Assembly: GCA_963777645.1 (NCBI GenBank)
Contig: CAVZRA010000001.1
Coordinates: 669 to 64,668, forward strand
From: an uncultured bacterium
GTDB taxonomy: Bacteria; Actinomycetota; Acidimicrobiia; Spongiisociales; UBA5794
Reading direction: 5' to 3'
DNA length: 64,000 bases
The notes under the pieces: generated by a model
The model's input: the letters and a program-made list of their open reading frames with translations, nothing else
Database searches by the model: none
Told to the model about the DNA's origin: nothing
Shown: positions 50,962 to 61,063 of the stretch, in pieces
How positions within the stretch are numbered: the first letter of the stretch is position 1
How the letters are laid out: every line of letters starts with the position of its first letter
Made by a program: the position numbers and the translations under genes

Positions 50962-51038
50962 CGGGCTGTGGCGCAGCTTGGCAGCGCGCTTGACTGGGGG
51001 TCAAGAGGTCGCCGGTTCAAATCCGGCCAGCCCGACCA
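50962..51038 (+). tRNA. tRNA-Pro(GGG)
   Basis: Cloverleaf CGGGCTG...CAGCCCG-ACCA; anticodon arm CTTGA-CTGGGGG-TCAAG; T-loop GGTTCAAATCC; encoded CCA. Confidence 0.97.
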
Positions 51039-51041
51039 CTG

Positions 51042-51074
51042 GAATCCCTTGCGCTGCAGGGGATTCTGTTTGTT
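51042..51074 (+). terminator. Intrinsic terminator after the tRNA
   Basis: GAATCCCTTGC-GCT-GCAGGGGATTC followed by TGTTTGTT. Confidence 0.75.
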
Positions 51075-51440
51075 GGGGGTGGCGTTCTGAGACGCCGGAT
51101 TCGCCGAGAGTCCGCGAGAAGTCCGCGGAAGGATGTTCCAGCGGCGGTTCAACAGACGGAGGTGGGTCGACACCGCGTCTCTGGCCTTGAAGTCGCAGCC
51201 ACTTGTACCGCTCTTGTCTATCGGCGGGCCAGGATGGCTCCGAGCGTGGAACAGACGCTGCTGACTTCCGGAATGAATGCCCAATGTGGACTGCCTAGTT
51301 GTGCCATGCTTGAGCAAGCGGGTTCTCCGCTGGTGATGGGATGGAGGAACGAGTGAGATTCGAGTAATGCACACAGCTAGAAGGCTGTCGTTGGCCACCG
51401 TCGTCGCCCGATCCACCATGCGCAGGTCGAAGTCGCTCCG

Positions 51441-54392
51441 ATGGAGAGCGCGCGTAAGGCCCTTCGCCGCCTAGACGCCCCAAGGAGGTCGGCATCGCTG
51501 GTAAGCAGGCTGCTGGGTAAGGCTTGGTCTGCGACAGGACGACCTTGGGTACTCCCCGTGATTGCATCAGTAGGTGTGGGCCTCCTGCAGGCAGGAGGAT
51601 CTGGACATGCACCCCTAGCCGTCTTTCATGATGCGGAGCGGTCTCGTGAACTCCTCGGGATACTGTGGCAGGTGGAAGGGGCGACTGTCGCGCTCGTGCT
51701 TGCCGCGTCGTTGTTCGCTTTTGAGAGTCTGTCTCGCCAGCGGTCCAACGTGCCGCTTGTCGAATACGCAAATCGGTCTTGGCTTGCTCAGTTTCTGATG
51801 CTGGCAGCCTCGGGTCTAGTGGCAGTGCCGATCGTTCTGTTTGCGACACCGGATCTGCCTGCGCCCTCTGCATCGTTTGCCGCGGTACTAATTGGTGTTA
51901 GTGGATTGATGGCTCTTCCCTTCTTCTTCGCTAGGGCCATGAAGGTGGTTCAGCCGTCGTGGCTTCGAGGCGAGAGGCTTCGTGATATTCGGTACACGAC
52001 ACGAGCACTCGTTGACAAGGAATCACTTGAGCGAGCAGCCCTTCTTGAGTTGCGGCGATGGGCTGAAAGCTGCCAGGTCGAGGTGCTTCATCGCATGGTG
52101 ATCGATGGTGATCGCGTAACGGAGGTCTCGCCAGCAGCCGGTGTTGTCCTGGATTTGGACCTCGATCGGATTGAGCCGATTGCCAAGGCTCACCCTGATG
52201 AGGTCGTGGTCGCCACACGATTGATGGAAGAAGTCTGGGGTGCTGCGCCTCTGCTTGGACGAATGCAGCCGGCAACGCCCACGCACGAGCGACGGGCAGT
52301 CACGGTTTCTCGTCACGCTCCCACGGACAAGATGGATCAGCTGGTTGAGGATCTGCACGAAGAGGGTCTCGAGGCGGTTCGCAGTGGATCGCCAGCTGCG
52401 GCCGAGCAGGTGGCAGCAATGTATGGCGAGGTTTGGCTCGCATGGCCGAAGGCGTGGGCCGAGTACGGCCAGAGACTGCAAGGAGGGCTCATCGAAGGTG
52501 TTGAGCCATTCAGGATCAAACCTACCGATCGGCTCAGGAGGAATATCGCAACGACCATCGGCCGGTCTGTCGACCAGGGTCTGAGCGATCATGTGCACGC
52601 TTTCGCGGGGATCCTCTACACCGTGGGCTTTGATGCCATTCGCCTTCAGGCGTATGACCTCGTCAAGGAAATGAACACGTTGGCTCGTTGGCTTTTCAGC
52701 ATCGAATCCTCGGCATATCCGGCTGTTGCGGACGTTGTTGCTGAAGCCGCCTGGCGTTTTCAGATTGAACTCTGCGAGTTTGCGGGACGCGAGTTGGAGA
52801 TGAATCGGGCTGACCTATCCAGTGTTGAAGAGGCGAGGGAGCCGATTGGCCAGTGCTTCCGGAGCATCGTTGAATCACTAAGGCAGCTCTTCGATGGGGG
52901 CAAGTTCGAGCTATTTCGATCCCTTGACCACCGATTTCAACGAATCCTCGCTCATTGGGATCCGACTCGCGGTGAGCCGCTTGCAGACCTGATCCTGCAC
53001 GATCCGGAACGGTTTGGCGCTGACGACGAGAGGGTGGCAGGCGCGCATGAAGCTCTGAGCATGGCTGCGGTGAAGCGTGAACTCGAGCAACAGCGCCGCG
53101 CTGGACGCCTGTCCGTACTCGGTTGGATTCTGCGGCAGAAGCGTAGCCATGCGATCGGCGAGGACGAGATCATCTTGATCCGGAATCTGTCTGGGACTCT
53201 TGGTTCTGTGCCGGATCTGGTGCACACGACCGGTGTATCGCTGGCAGACGCTCACGACACATTGTCCCATTGGATCATGTTGGAGCGACCAGAGCTCGAA
53301 GTGGGCTTTGTAGATACCGATGGACCAATCCTCAAGGCCTTCGCTCACTCCCTCTTGAGTCGGCCCTCTGTGGATGAGATCCCCGCTGCGAGTTGGATCA
53401 ATAGCAATCACGTTTCCCGGTTGAACGAGATCCTTGACGAACTCGCAGATTGGAGCGAGCTCTGGCGGAGATTGGGAGAGTCAGAGGGCGACGTCTCGGA
53501 GCGTGCTGAGCTACTCAAGAGTCTTCTTCAATCCGCCCTCGATCGGCAAGTAGCTAGAGAGCACCAGGAACTCGCGGAGCAGGAGCTTGATGCCGAGAAG
53601 GTAGAGGAGTTCGTTTCCACCGTGGTCCGCAGCTGGATGGAGCATCGTTTGCTCCCAGAGTTCGCTCGCCTCAGTGGCTTAGGCATCACGGAGATCCGTG
53701 TCGAGGAGTGGACGGGGCCAACATTCGGGTTCAAACCGATGCTGGATCCGAAGGGCCTATTCGTGTCTCCCACAAACTGGGTCGGACTCGACCACGTTGC
53801 TGACGACAGGGGGCGGGTTCTCGCACAGGGCGAGGTGACAGCGATTGTGGAGTTGGCGACTGTTCATGCTCGCGAAGTCGCCTCTGGCGGTGAACCGAGC
53901 GAGCGGTTGTCGAGCCTATTGGAACAGCTCCGCGTTGACGGTTTCAATCCGAGTCTCATAGTTGTGCCAATTGACTGGAGGCTCGCTGACTCGCTCGGTC
54001 TTGATGACCATAATCGGCATCGGCGGGGCGTTGGCTTAGGTCGCAACTTCCAAGGGCGACACGACGGTGTTCCAGTGATTGACTGGTGGGATGTACCGTC
54101 CGGTCGCGCATTTGCTATGGACATGAGCCAATTCTGTGAGGTCATAGACGGCGTAGCCGGTCCCGGGGAGTCCTCGCCGCCAAACGTCGCTGTTGAACCA
54201 ATCGACGGCCGCCGCGCCGATGAAATCATTGCCCGATGGGAGGACGAATCGATTCCTGAGTCCGATCAGGTCCCAAGACACGAGTTGCTAACGAGCGTAC
54301 GAATCGACATTCGCCGCCCTTACGAGGTGCGTCTCCGAAGTTCGGCAGCCGTACGCTCCATTGTCTTGGCCGACGAGGAACCGAGCGTGTAG
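51441..54392 (+). CDS. Large hypothetical membrane protein: about 4 N-terminal TM helices, helical middle, possible HK97-like C-terminal domain
   Basis: Intact 983-aa ORF; hydrophobic segments in residues ~30-165; no family recognised with certainty. Confidence 0.75.
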   Translation: MESARKALRRLDAPRRSASLVSRLLGKAWSATGRPWVLPVIASVGVGLLQAGGSGHAPLAVFHDAERSRELLGILWQVEGATVALVLAASLFAFESLSRQRSNVPLVEYANRSWLAQFLMLAASGLVAVPIVLFATPDLPAPSASFAAVLIGVSGLMALPFFFARAMKVVQPSWLRGERLRDIRYTTRALVDKESLERAALLELRRWAESCQVEVLHRMVIDGDRVTEVSPAAGVVLDLDLDRIEPIAKAHPDEVVVATRLMEEVWGAAPLLGRMQPATPTHERRAVTVSRHAPTDKMDQLVEDLHEEGLEAVRSGSPAAAEQVAAMYGEVWLAWPKAWAEYGQRLQGGLIEGVEPFRIKPTDRLRRNIATTIGRSVDQGLSDHVHAFAGILYTVGFDAIRLQAYDLVKEMNTLARWLFSIESSAYPAVADVVAEAAWRFQIELCEFAGRELEMNRADLSSVEEAREPIGQCFRSIVESLRQLFDGGKFELFRSLDHRFQRILAHWDPTRGEPLADLILHDPERFGADDERVAGAHEALSMAAVKRELEQQRRAGRLSVLGWILRQKRSHAIGEDEIILIRNLSGTLGSVPDLVHTTGVSLADAHDTLSHWIMLERPELEVGFVDTDGPILKAFAHSLLSRPSVDEIPAASWINSNHVSRLNEILDELADWSELWRRLGESEGDVSERAELLKSLLQSALDRQVAREHQELAEQELDAEKVEEFVSTVVRSWMEHRLLPEFARLSGLGITEIRVEEWTGPTFGFKPMLDPKGLFVSPTNWVGLDHVADDRGRVLAQGEVTAIVELATVHAREVASGGEPSERLSSLLEQLRVDGFNPSLIVVPIDWRLADSLGLDDHNRHRRGVGLGRNFQGRHDGVPVIDWWDVPSGRAFAMDMSQFCEVIDGVAGPGESSPPNVAVEPIDGRRADEIIARWEDESIPESDQVPRHELLTSVRIDIRRPYEVRLRSSAAVRSIVLADEEPSV

Positions 54393-54648
54393 AGGGCGGA
54401 AATGGAACAGGCTGTCGAACCTGGGGGATAGCGGCGTTGGTCGACCCGCCGGGGCATGTTCGCCAACGAGAACGCCCTCACGACATCATTCGGGCCACGT
54501 GGTGATTTGCACCCAACGGGGCCGCGAAATCCTCCGCAAGCGGTAGGTGTCCGTGGGGTGGACTGAGTCGGGCCGTCGGCTACAGAGTCATCGTCCGGCT
54601 CGCTGGTGCGTCGGCACCCCGCATCCTGCGGACGTAGCGGCGGTCTGC

Positions 54649-55775
54649 CTACATCGATAGATCGGCGTGGGAACCAGAGGGCCGCGCATCCGTTTTCGCC
54701 ACGATCCCAGAAAAGGCTGCATCGAGACGGTCGGCAGCGGCCTCGTCGAGACCTTCGAACAGATGCCCGTAGGTGTCCAGCGTGACCTGAATCGACGAGT
54801 GCCCGAGCCGGAGTTGGATGACCTTCGGGTGCTCGCCCTGGGCGATCAGCATCGCCGCATGGGTATGCCTCAGGTCATGAAACCGCAGCGGCTCGCCCAC
54901 CGAGGACGCGAACAGCCGGTAGCCAGTTCCGTGTCCTGAAGTTGGTGCGTCGCATCGGGCCGCCCTCGGAGGCGGTGAACACGAAGCCGTCGGCAGCGGG
55001 TGGCCACTGGGCGAGATGCCGGCTGAGCTCGTCGGCGAGGAAGCGGGGGAGCGCCACCTGACGGCGTGCAGCCGCCGTCTTGGGAGGCGCCAATGCCACG
55101 TGCCCGCGAATGTCGGTGAGCGTCTCAGCGACCGTCAGGCTTCGTCTGAGGAGATCGAGGCGATGTATCCGCAGACCGGCAAGCTCACCAAACCGGCAGC
55201 CGGTGTAGGCGGCGGTGAGAACCAGGGCACGGTAGGGAGCGTCGATGGCGTCGGCGACCTGGGCGACCTGCTCGGCGTTGAGGAAACGCATCTCGGTGTG
55301 GCGTCTGTGGAGGCAGCTTGATGCCCCGGCAAGGTGTGCGGGCGATCAGATCCGAATCGAGCGCGGAGGAGAACAACCCGGCAACTATCAAGTAGGCGAT
55401 CCGGATTGTCGACGGTGACAAGCCCTTCTCCTCGAGATGGGCGACGAATCCCTGGATGTCCGTTGGCACAACCGAGTCGAGCCGGCGATCGCCGAAGTAG
55501 GGGAGCACATGGTTGCGCAGCAGCGACTCGGTGCCTACCCGCGTCGACGGACGCAGGTGAACGCGGCTCGCCTCCCACGTCGGCCGCCACTCCGAGACGG
55601 TGATCTTGCCCAGCCGAGGATCGGTCCAGGTCCCGCGCAGCTTGTCGGCCTCGACGGTGACGAGGAAGTTCTCGGCGTCGACCTTGCGACGGAAGGTGCG
55701 GGCTCGCTCCCTGTTGGACGGGTCCCGGTAGCGGACCTGCCATTGCCCTGGGCCCTTCTTCCGGATATGCGCCAT
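54649..55775 (-). CDS. Phage-type tyrosine integrase (frameshifts near 55300 and 54900)
   Basis: WQVRYRDP arm-binding N-terminus; AYTGCRFGELAGL, PKT, FHDLRHTHA, LGHSSIQVTLDTYGHL over three frames. Confidence 0.88.
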
Positions 55776-55867
55776 GCTCAGCTCCTTCCGCGGTCACCTC
55801 CCGAAGTCATAGCAGACAGCGACGACGTACCTCAGACGCTGTGCCTGTGGAATTGTCACTCTGCAAC

Positions 55868-55902
55868 CTTTGATCAGAGTCTCATAGACCCTCTGATCAA
55901 AG
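55868..55902 (+). repeat. Palindromic site, copy 1 (12-bp arms, 11-bp asymmetric core)
   Basis: CTTTGATCAGAG-TCTCATAGACC-CTCTGATCAAAG. Confidence 0.8.
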
Positions 55903-55993
55903 TCGCATTCGGGCATCAATACATGTCGACATCGTCTCGGCGCATGGCCGCTCATACAGTTACAGGAAAGGCCGTGCCCTAACATCCGTCTGG

Positions 55994-57400
55994 ATGCTGC
56001 TCACAATCACGTCTACGACGGCGCCGGCAAGGGACCTCGGTCTCATCCTGCACAAGCACCCCGATCGGGTGCAGGACTTCTCTCTTCCGTTTGGACGGGC
56101 GCACGTCTTCTACCCGGAGGCGACGGACGGGAGGACGACGGTGGCGCTCCTCGTGGAAATCGATCCGGTGGCCCTTGTGAAACGGCGAGGACGAGATCTG
56201 GTCCTCAACGACTATGTGAACGACCGGCCGTACGTGGCGTCGTCCTTCCTGAGCGTCGCGATCGCCAGAGTGTTCGGCTCGGCGCTACGCGGGAAGTCGG
56301 AAGGGCACGAGGATCTAGTTGACCGGCCACTCTCGATCACAGCACGGCTGGCGACCGTCGCCAGCTACGACGGCGAGGAAGCCCTTCACCGACTGTTTGA
56401 ACCACTCGGCTACGAAGTCAATGCAGCCGCGCACCCGCTCAACGAACGGTTCCCATCGTGGGGCAACAGTCCCTACTACACGTTGACGCTCCACGGCGAG
56501 GTTCCCGTCAAGAGTCTGCTCGGTCACCTATATGTCCTGCTGCCGGTCCTCGACGGAACCAAGCACTACTGGGTAGACGAGAGCGAAATCGAGAAGCTTC
56601 TCCGTGCCGGAGAGGAATGGCTCAGCGATCATCCCGAGCGTGAAGTCATCACCCGCCGGTACCTGAAGGGGCAGAGGTCGCTCACGGACGCGGCGCTCGG
56701 ACGGCTAATGGCCGAGGATGTCGGCCTAGTCGACAACCAGGACGAAGACGACCCAGTTGATGACGATGCTCGGGTACCGCTCAACCGGCAACGCATCGAT
56801 GCTGCCGTCGGCGAGCTGAAGAGGCTAGGCGCAAGGCGCATTCTCGACCTTGGCTGTGGTGAAGGTCGCTTGATCTCCGAGTTGCTCCGCGATCCTGCCA
56901 CGACTCAGGTCACGGGGATGGACGTATCGATGGCGACTCTCCACAAGGCAGCCCGCCGGCTTCGACTCGATGAGATGTCGCACCGGCAGCGAGAACGAGT
57001 CGACCTTATCCAGGGTTCGCTCACCTACCGCGACCGACGCCTCAGCGGCTTCGACGCTGCGGCCATTGTCGAAGTGATCGAGCACCTCGACCCGTGGCAG
57101 CTCGGACCATTCGAGCGCGTCGTCTTCGGTGAGGCCCGCCCCGGCGCGGTTGTGCTGACAACGCCCAACGCCGAATACAACGTGCAATACGAACACCTGG
57201 CCGATGGATCGCATCGTCATCTCGACCATCGATTCGAATGGACTCGAGCTGAGTTCTCCGAGTGGGCCGCCGGAGTCGCAGAGCGGAACGGATACGCGGT
57301 CGAGATCTCCGGTATCGGCGAGGCGTCCGAGGACACGGGAACCCCAACCCAGATGGCAGTGTTCACGCTCAGCGGAAGCGGCGAGGAAGAGCAGCGATGA
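55994..57400 (+). CDS. hen1: 3'-terminal RNA ribose 2'-O-methyltransferase Hen1
   Basis: DLG..LHKHPDR.Q.F.L.FG.AHVFYPEA, YVNDRPY, LDLGCGEG, EVIEH, TTPN.EYN, HRHLDHRFEW. Confidence 0.95.
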   Translation: MLLTITSTTAPARDLGLILHKHPDRVQDFSLPFGRAHVFYPEATDGRTTVALLVEIDPVALVKRRGRDLVLNDYVNDRPYVASSFLSVAIARVFGSALRGKSEGHEDLVDRPLSITARLATVASYDGEEALHRLFEPLGYEVNAAAHPLNERFPSWGNSPYYTLTLHGEVPVKSLLGHLYVLLPVLDGTKHYWVDESEIEKLLRAGEEWLSDHPEREVITRRYLKGQRSLTDAALGRLMAEDVGLVDNQDEDDPVDDDARVPLNRQRIDAAVGELKRLGARRILDLGCGEGRLISELLRDPATTQVTGMDVSMATLHKAARRLRLDEMSHRQRERVDLIQGSLTYRDRRLSGFDAAAIVEVIEHLDPWQLGPFERVVFGEARPGAVVLTTPNAEYNVQYEHLADGSHRHLDHRFEWTRAEFSEWAAGVAERNGYAVEISGIGEASEDTGTPTQMAVFTLSGSGEEEQR

Positions 57401-59924
57401 CCAATATCGAGATCCCCGAGCTTTGCGTCGTCGCTCTTGTCGGCGCGAGTGGTTCCGGCAAGTCGACGTTTGCTGCGGACCATTTCCTGCCCACCGAAGT
57501 GCTGTCGTCGGACTTCTTCCGGGGACTGATCGCCGACGATGAGAACGATCTCGCCGCCACCGGCGATGCCTTCGACGCCCTGTACTACGTGGCGGCCAAG
57601 CGTCTGCGCGGGGGACGACTCACCGTCGTCGACGCGACCAACGTGCAGAAGCCAGACCGGAAGCAGATCGTCGAATTGCCCGAGACAACGACTGCCTCGC
57701 CGTTGCCATCGTGCTCAACCTTCCTGAGCAGATCTGCATCGAGCGCAACGAGTCCCGCTCCGATCGGCAGATCCCGCGACGGGCCATCGCCAGGCAAGTC
57801 AAGAATCTTCAACGATCACTGCGACACCTCCGGAGAGAGGGCTTCCGATACGTCTACGTCCTCAACAACCCCGAAGACGTCGCCTCGGCGGAGATCGCCC
57901 GGCAGAAGCTGTGGGTCGACAAACGAGACGATTCAGGGCCGTTCGACATCATCGGTGACATCCATGGATGCTTCGACGAACTGGTCGAACTCCTGGAGCG
58001 ACTCGACTACACCGTGGATCGGTCAACCCTCACGGTAGCCCACCGGAGGGACGCAAGGCCGTGTTTCTCGGCGATCTTGTCGATCGAGGACCGAACACGC
58101 CGAACGTCGTTCGCCTGGTCCAAGGGATGGTCGAGGCCGGTACCGCTCTCTGTGTCACCGGCAACCATGAGAACAAACTCGTTCGCAAGCTGTCGGGGCG
58201 CGACGTACAAATGACGCACGGCCTCCCCGAGACCATGGCGCAACTAGAAGGCGAATCCGAGCAATCCCTCGAAGACCTCCGAGGACTTCCTCGACGGACT
58301 GCTCAGCCACTACGTCCTGGACGGCGGCAAGCTGGTGGTGGCGCACGCCGGTCTCCCGGCCGAATACCACGGACGGGCCTCGGGGCGGGTCCGGAACTCG
58401 CCCTCTACGGGGAGACCACCGGCGAACAGACGAGTACGGCCTGCCGGTCCGCTACGACTGGGCGTCCGACTACCGGGGTGACTGCCATGGTCGTCTACGG
58501 CCATACTCCCGTTCCCGAAGCCGAGTGGGTGAACCGCACAATCTGCATCGACACGGGTGCGTCTTCGGCGGGAAACTCACCGCTCTCCGCTATCCCGAGA
58601 ACGAATCTCGTCTCGGTCGATGCGGCCAAGGTCTACTACGAGCCGGTGCGTCCGCTCGACAGCCAAACCGAACGCGGCGATCTGTTGGATATCACGGATG
58701 TAACCGGGAAACGGATCGTGGAAACGTCGCTCGGCGGGCCGGATCACCATCCCCGAGGAGAACTCGGCTGCCGCCCTCGAGATCATGAGCCGCTACGCGG
58801 CAGATCCCCATTGGATCATCTACCTTCCCCCGACCATGTCGCCCGCGGAGACTTCAGAGCAGGATGGATTCCTCGAGCATCCCGACGAAGCGTTCGACTA
58901 CTACTTAAAGCACGGAGTGGATCGGGTCGTCTGCGAAGCCAAGCACATGGGTTCCCGTGCAATCGTCATCGTCGACCCGGGATGCCCAGAGCGCAGCCGA
59001 ACGCTTCAAGGCTGCGGACGGCGCAACCGGGGCGGTCCTCACCCGAACCGGACGGCCCTTCTTCGACACGGGAGAGGCGACCGAGGAAGTGATTGACGAG
59101 ATCCGTGACGCGGTCACCGCGGCGGGACTGTGGGATGAGCTCAAGACCGACTGGCTCTGTTTTGATGCCGAGCTCATGCCATGGAACGCCAAAGGGGCAG
59201 ACCTCGTCATCGGCCAGTACGCACCGGTTGGGTCGGCGGCCAGATGATGTTCGCCGAAACCAACGCCGTGCTGGATCAGGCCTCGAGCCGGCTGGACGTA
59301 GCCGACCTCAGCAGCAGATACCACCGGCGGGCGAGAGCAGCCGACGCATACGTCGACGCCTACAGCAACTACTGCTGGGACGTAGCGAGCATGAGGGATC
59401 TCCGACTCGCCCCGTTCCAATTGCTCGCCAGCGAAGGACGGACCTACTTCGACCGGGACCACGTCTGGCACATGAACACCCTTGCCCGGTTAGCTGACGA
59501 CGACAACGGAGGGCTCCTGACAGCGACTCCATTCCTCGAGATCGATCCCACCGACCCAGCCGGTCGCGCCGAGGCGACCACTTGGTGGGAGACCATGACG
59601 GCCGATGGAGGCGAGGGCATGGTCGTCAAGCCGAGGAATCCGATCACGAGAGATCGCAAGGGACACATCGTGCAGCCCGGCATCAAGTGCCGAGGACGCG
59701 AGTACCTTCGCATCATCTACGGCATCGACTACGACGCACCCGAGACCATCGAAGCTCTCCGCACCCGCAACTTGCAGCGCAAACGAGCCATGGCCCGCCG
59801 TGAGTTCGTCCTCGGCATCGAGGCACTGGAACGATTCGTCACCGGCGAACCGCTGTACCGGGTCCATGAGGCCGTGTTCGGGGTGCTGGCGATCGAGAGT
59901 GAACCTGTCGATCCTCGTTTGTAG
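57397..59924 (+). CDS. pnkp: Bacterial polynucleotide kinase-phosphatase-ligase Pnkp (several frameshifts)
   Basis: Kinase GASGSGKST and DATN; phosphatase IIGDIHGC, GDLVDRGP, GNHE, YGHTP; ligase KHMGSR, EGMVVKP; C-terminal ESEPVDPRL; ATGA overlap with hen1. Confidence 0.92.
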
Positions 59925-59983
59925 CGGCTTGCATCTAGGGGGACTGCGGGCGGTCTCTTCTTGGGGATTGTCGCTAGGAATCC

Positions 59984-60016
59984 TCTGATAAGAGTCTCAT
60001 AGACCCTCCGATCAGA
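59984..60016 (+). repeat. Palindromic site, copy 2 (same orientation as copy 1)
   Basis: TCTGATAAGAG-TCTCATAGACC-CTCCGATCAGA; 27/29 identity between 55871-55899 and 59986-60014. Confidence 0.8.
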
Positions 60017-60430
60017 ATCTCAGAGCCCGAGAATGGGTCGCGAACCTCGGGGGTTCGGCCGGCTGTACGCCCATCGGGATCGGCGCAGCAGCTGCGGCGC
60101 GCGACCGAACTCACGCAGTCCAGCGGCCGCAGGGCGCACGGTCAGCCCTCGGTCTCGGGGGATTTCTCAGCTTCTAGCGGCGAACTCGTCCCTTAACCGC
60201 CCGGAATGAGACTCCAGTGAGAGGATCCGCCCACATCATGAGCCTCGTAGGCAGCCGAGGAGGAGAAGCTCCATGTCAGCGCAACAATCCGTAGCCCAAA
60301 GCTTCGCCGATGGCACTTCTGAGACCGCGATCACGATTCGCGCCGCACCCCTCTCAACACCACACGCACGTGCAACAAGTTGCTCGGGGTCAACTGGTTA
60401 ACCGGGGAGGTGCGGTGATGGCATTGGATC

Positions 60431-60939
60431 GTGGCAGGCTGGCGAAGAATCGACAGGCGGTTGTTGGCCGAGCTAGACCATGGCGATGGACCGCAGACGG
60501 TGAAGGTTCCCCTGTCCGACGCGGCGTGGTCGACATGGCGGCGCCATTGCGGCGTAATCGGTCTGACCATGGGGGAAGGAATCGCCGTGCTCATCGATGG
60601 CGAACTGGCCACGGTCGTCGATGACGGTGGCAACGAGACTGCTGCGGTGTTGGCGATTCGGGCTGCGGAGCAGCTGGCTGTCCGTGAGGGTGAGGTCGCG
60701 GTTCGGGAACGCCACGTCGGGGCGGTCGAAGAGAGGCAGCGGGCTTGGGGCGAGCGCCTTCGCCAGTGGGAGGCTGAACTCAAGGTCAGGCAGGTGCGGG
60801 TAGAAGATGCATCGAAGTCGGTACTGGGTCAGAGCGACAGCTTCGCGAAGGTCGGGAGGAATGACCGCTGTCCGTGCGGGTCCGGCTCAAGTACAAGCAC
60901 TGTCACGGCCTGCCCCAACGTTCGCCTGCCGCGACGTAG
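60431..60939 (+). CDS. SEC-C metal-binding motif protein with coiled coil (frameshift near 60887)
   Basis: KVGRNDRCPCGSG, then KYKHCHG in the shifted frame. Confidence 0.65.
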
Positions 60940-61063
60940 CGGAGTTCTACAGGTTGATGAGAGGGCAGGCATCGTCGGGACCACGGATGCAGGCAACCTG
61001 GGATCTCGGGCTGTTGCGGTGATGAATCGCAATCGTGTCACAGGAATCTGAGCCTGTTGGCGA

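Noticed and set aside
51123-55793. 11-bp inverted match CCGCGGAAGGA near the tRNA and at the integrase start, as element ends
   Set aside because: It is short and GC-rich, and one copy is the integrase ribosome-binding site, so it is compatible with chance.
55868-55902. Chromosomal dif site or classical integron attC
   Set aside because: It lacks the XerD-arm TTATGT consensus and the RYYYAAC/GTTRRRY ends, and the adjacent integrase is phage-type rather than IntI.
51441-60939. Prophage
   Set aside because: No terminase, portal, tail or replication genes; only an integrase and a tentative capsid-like domain.
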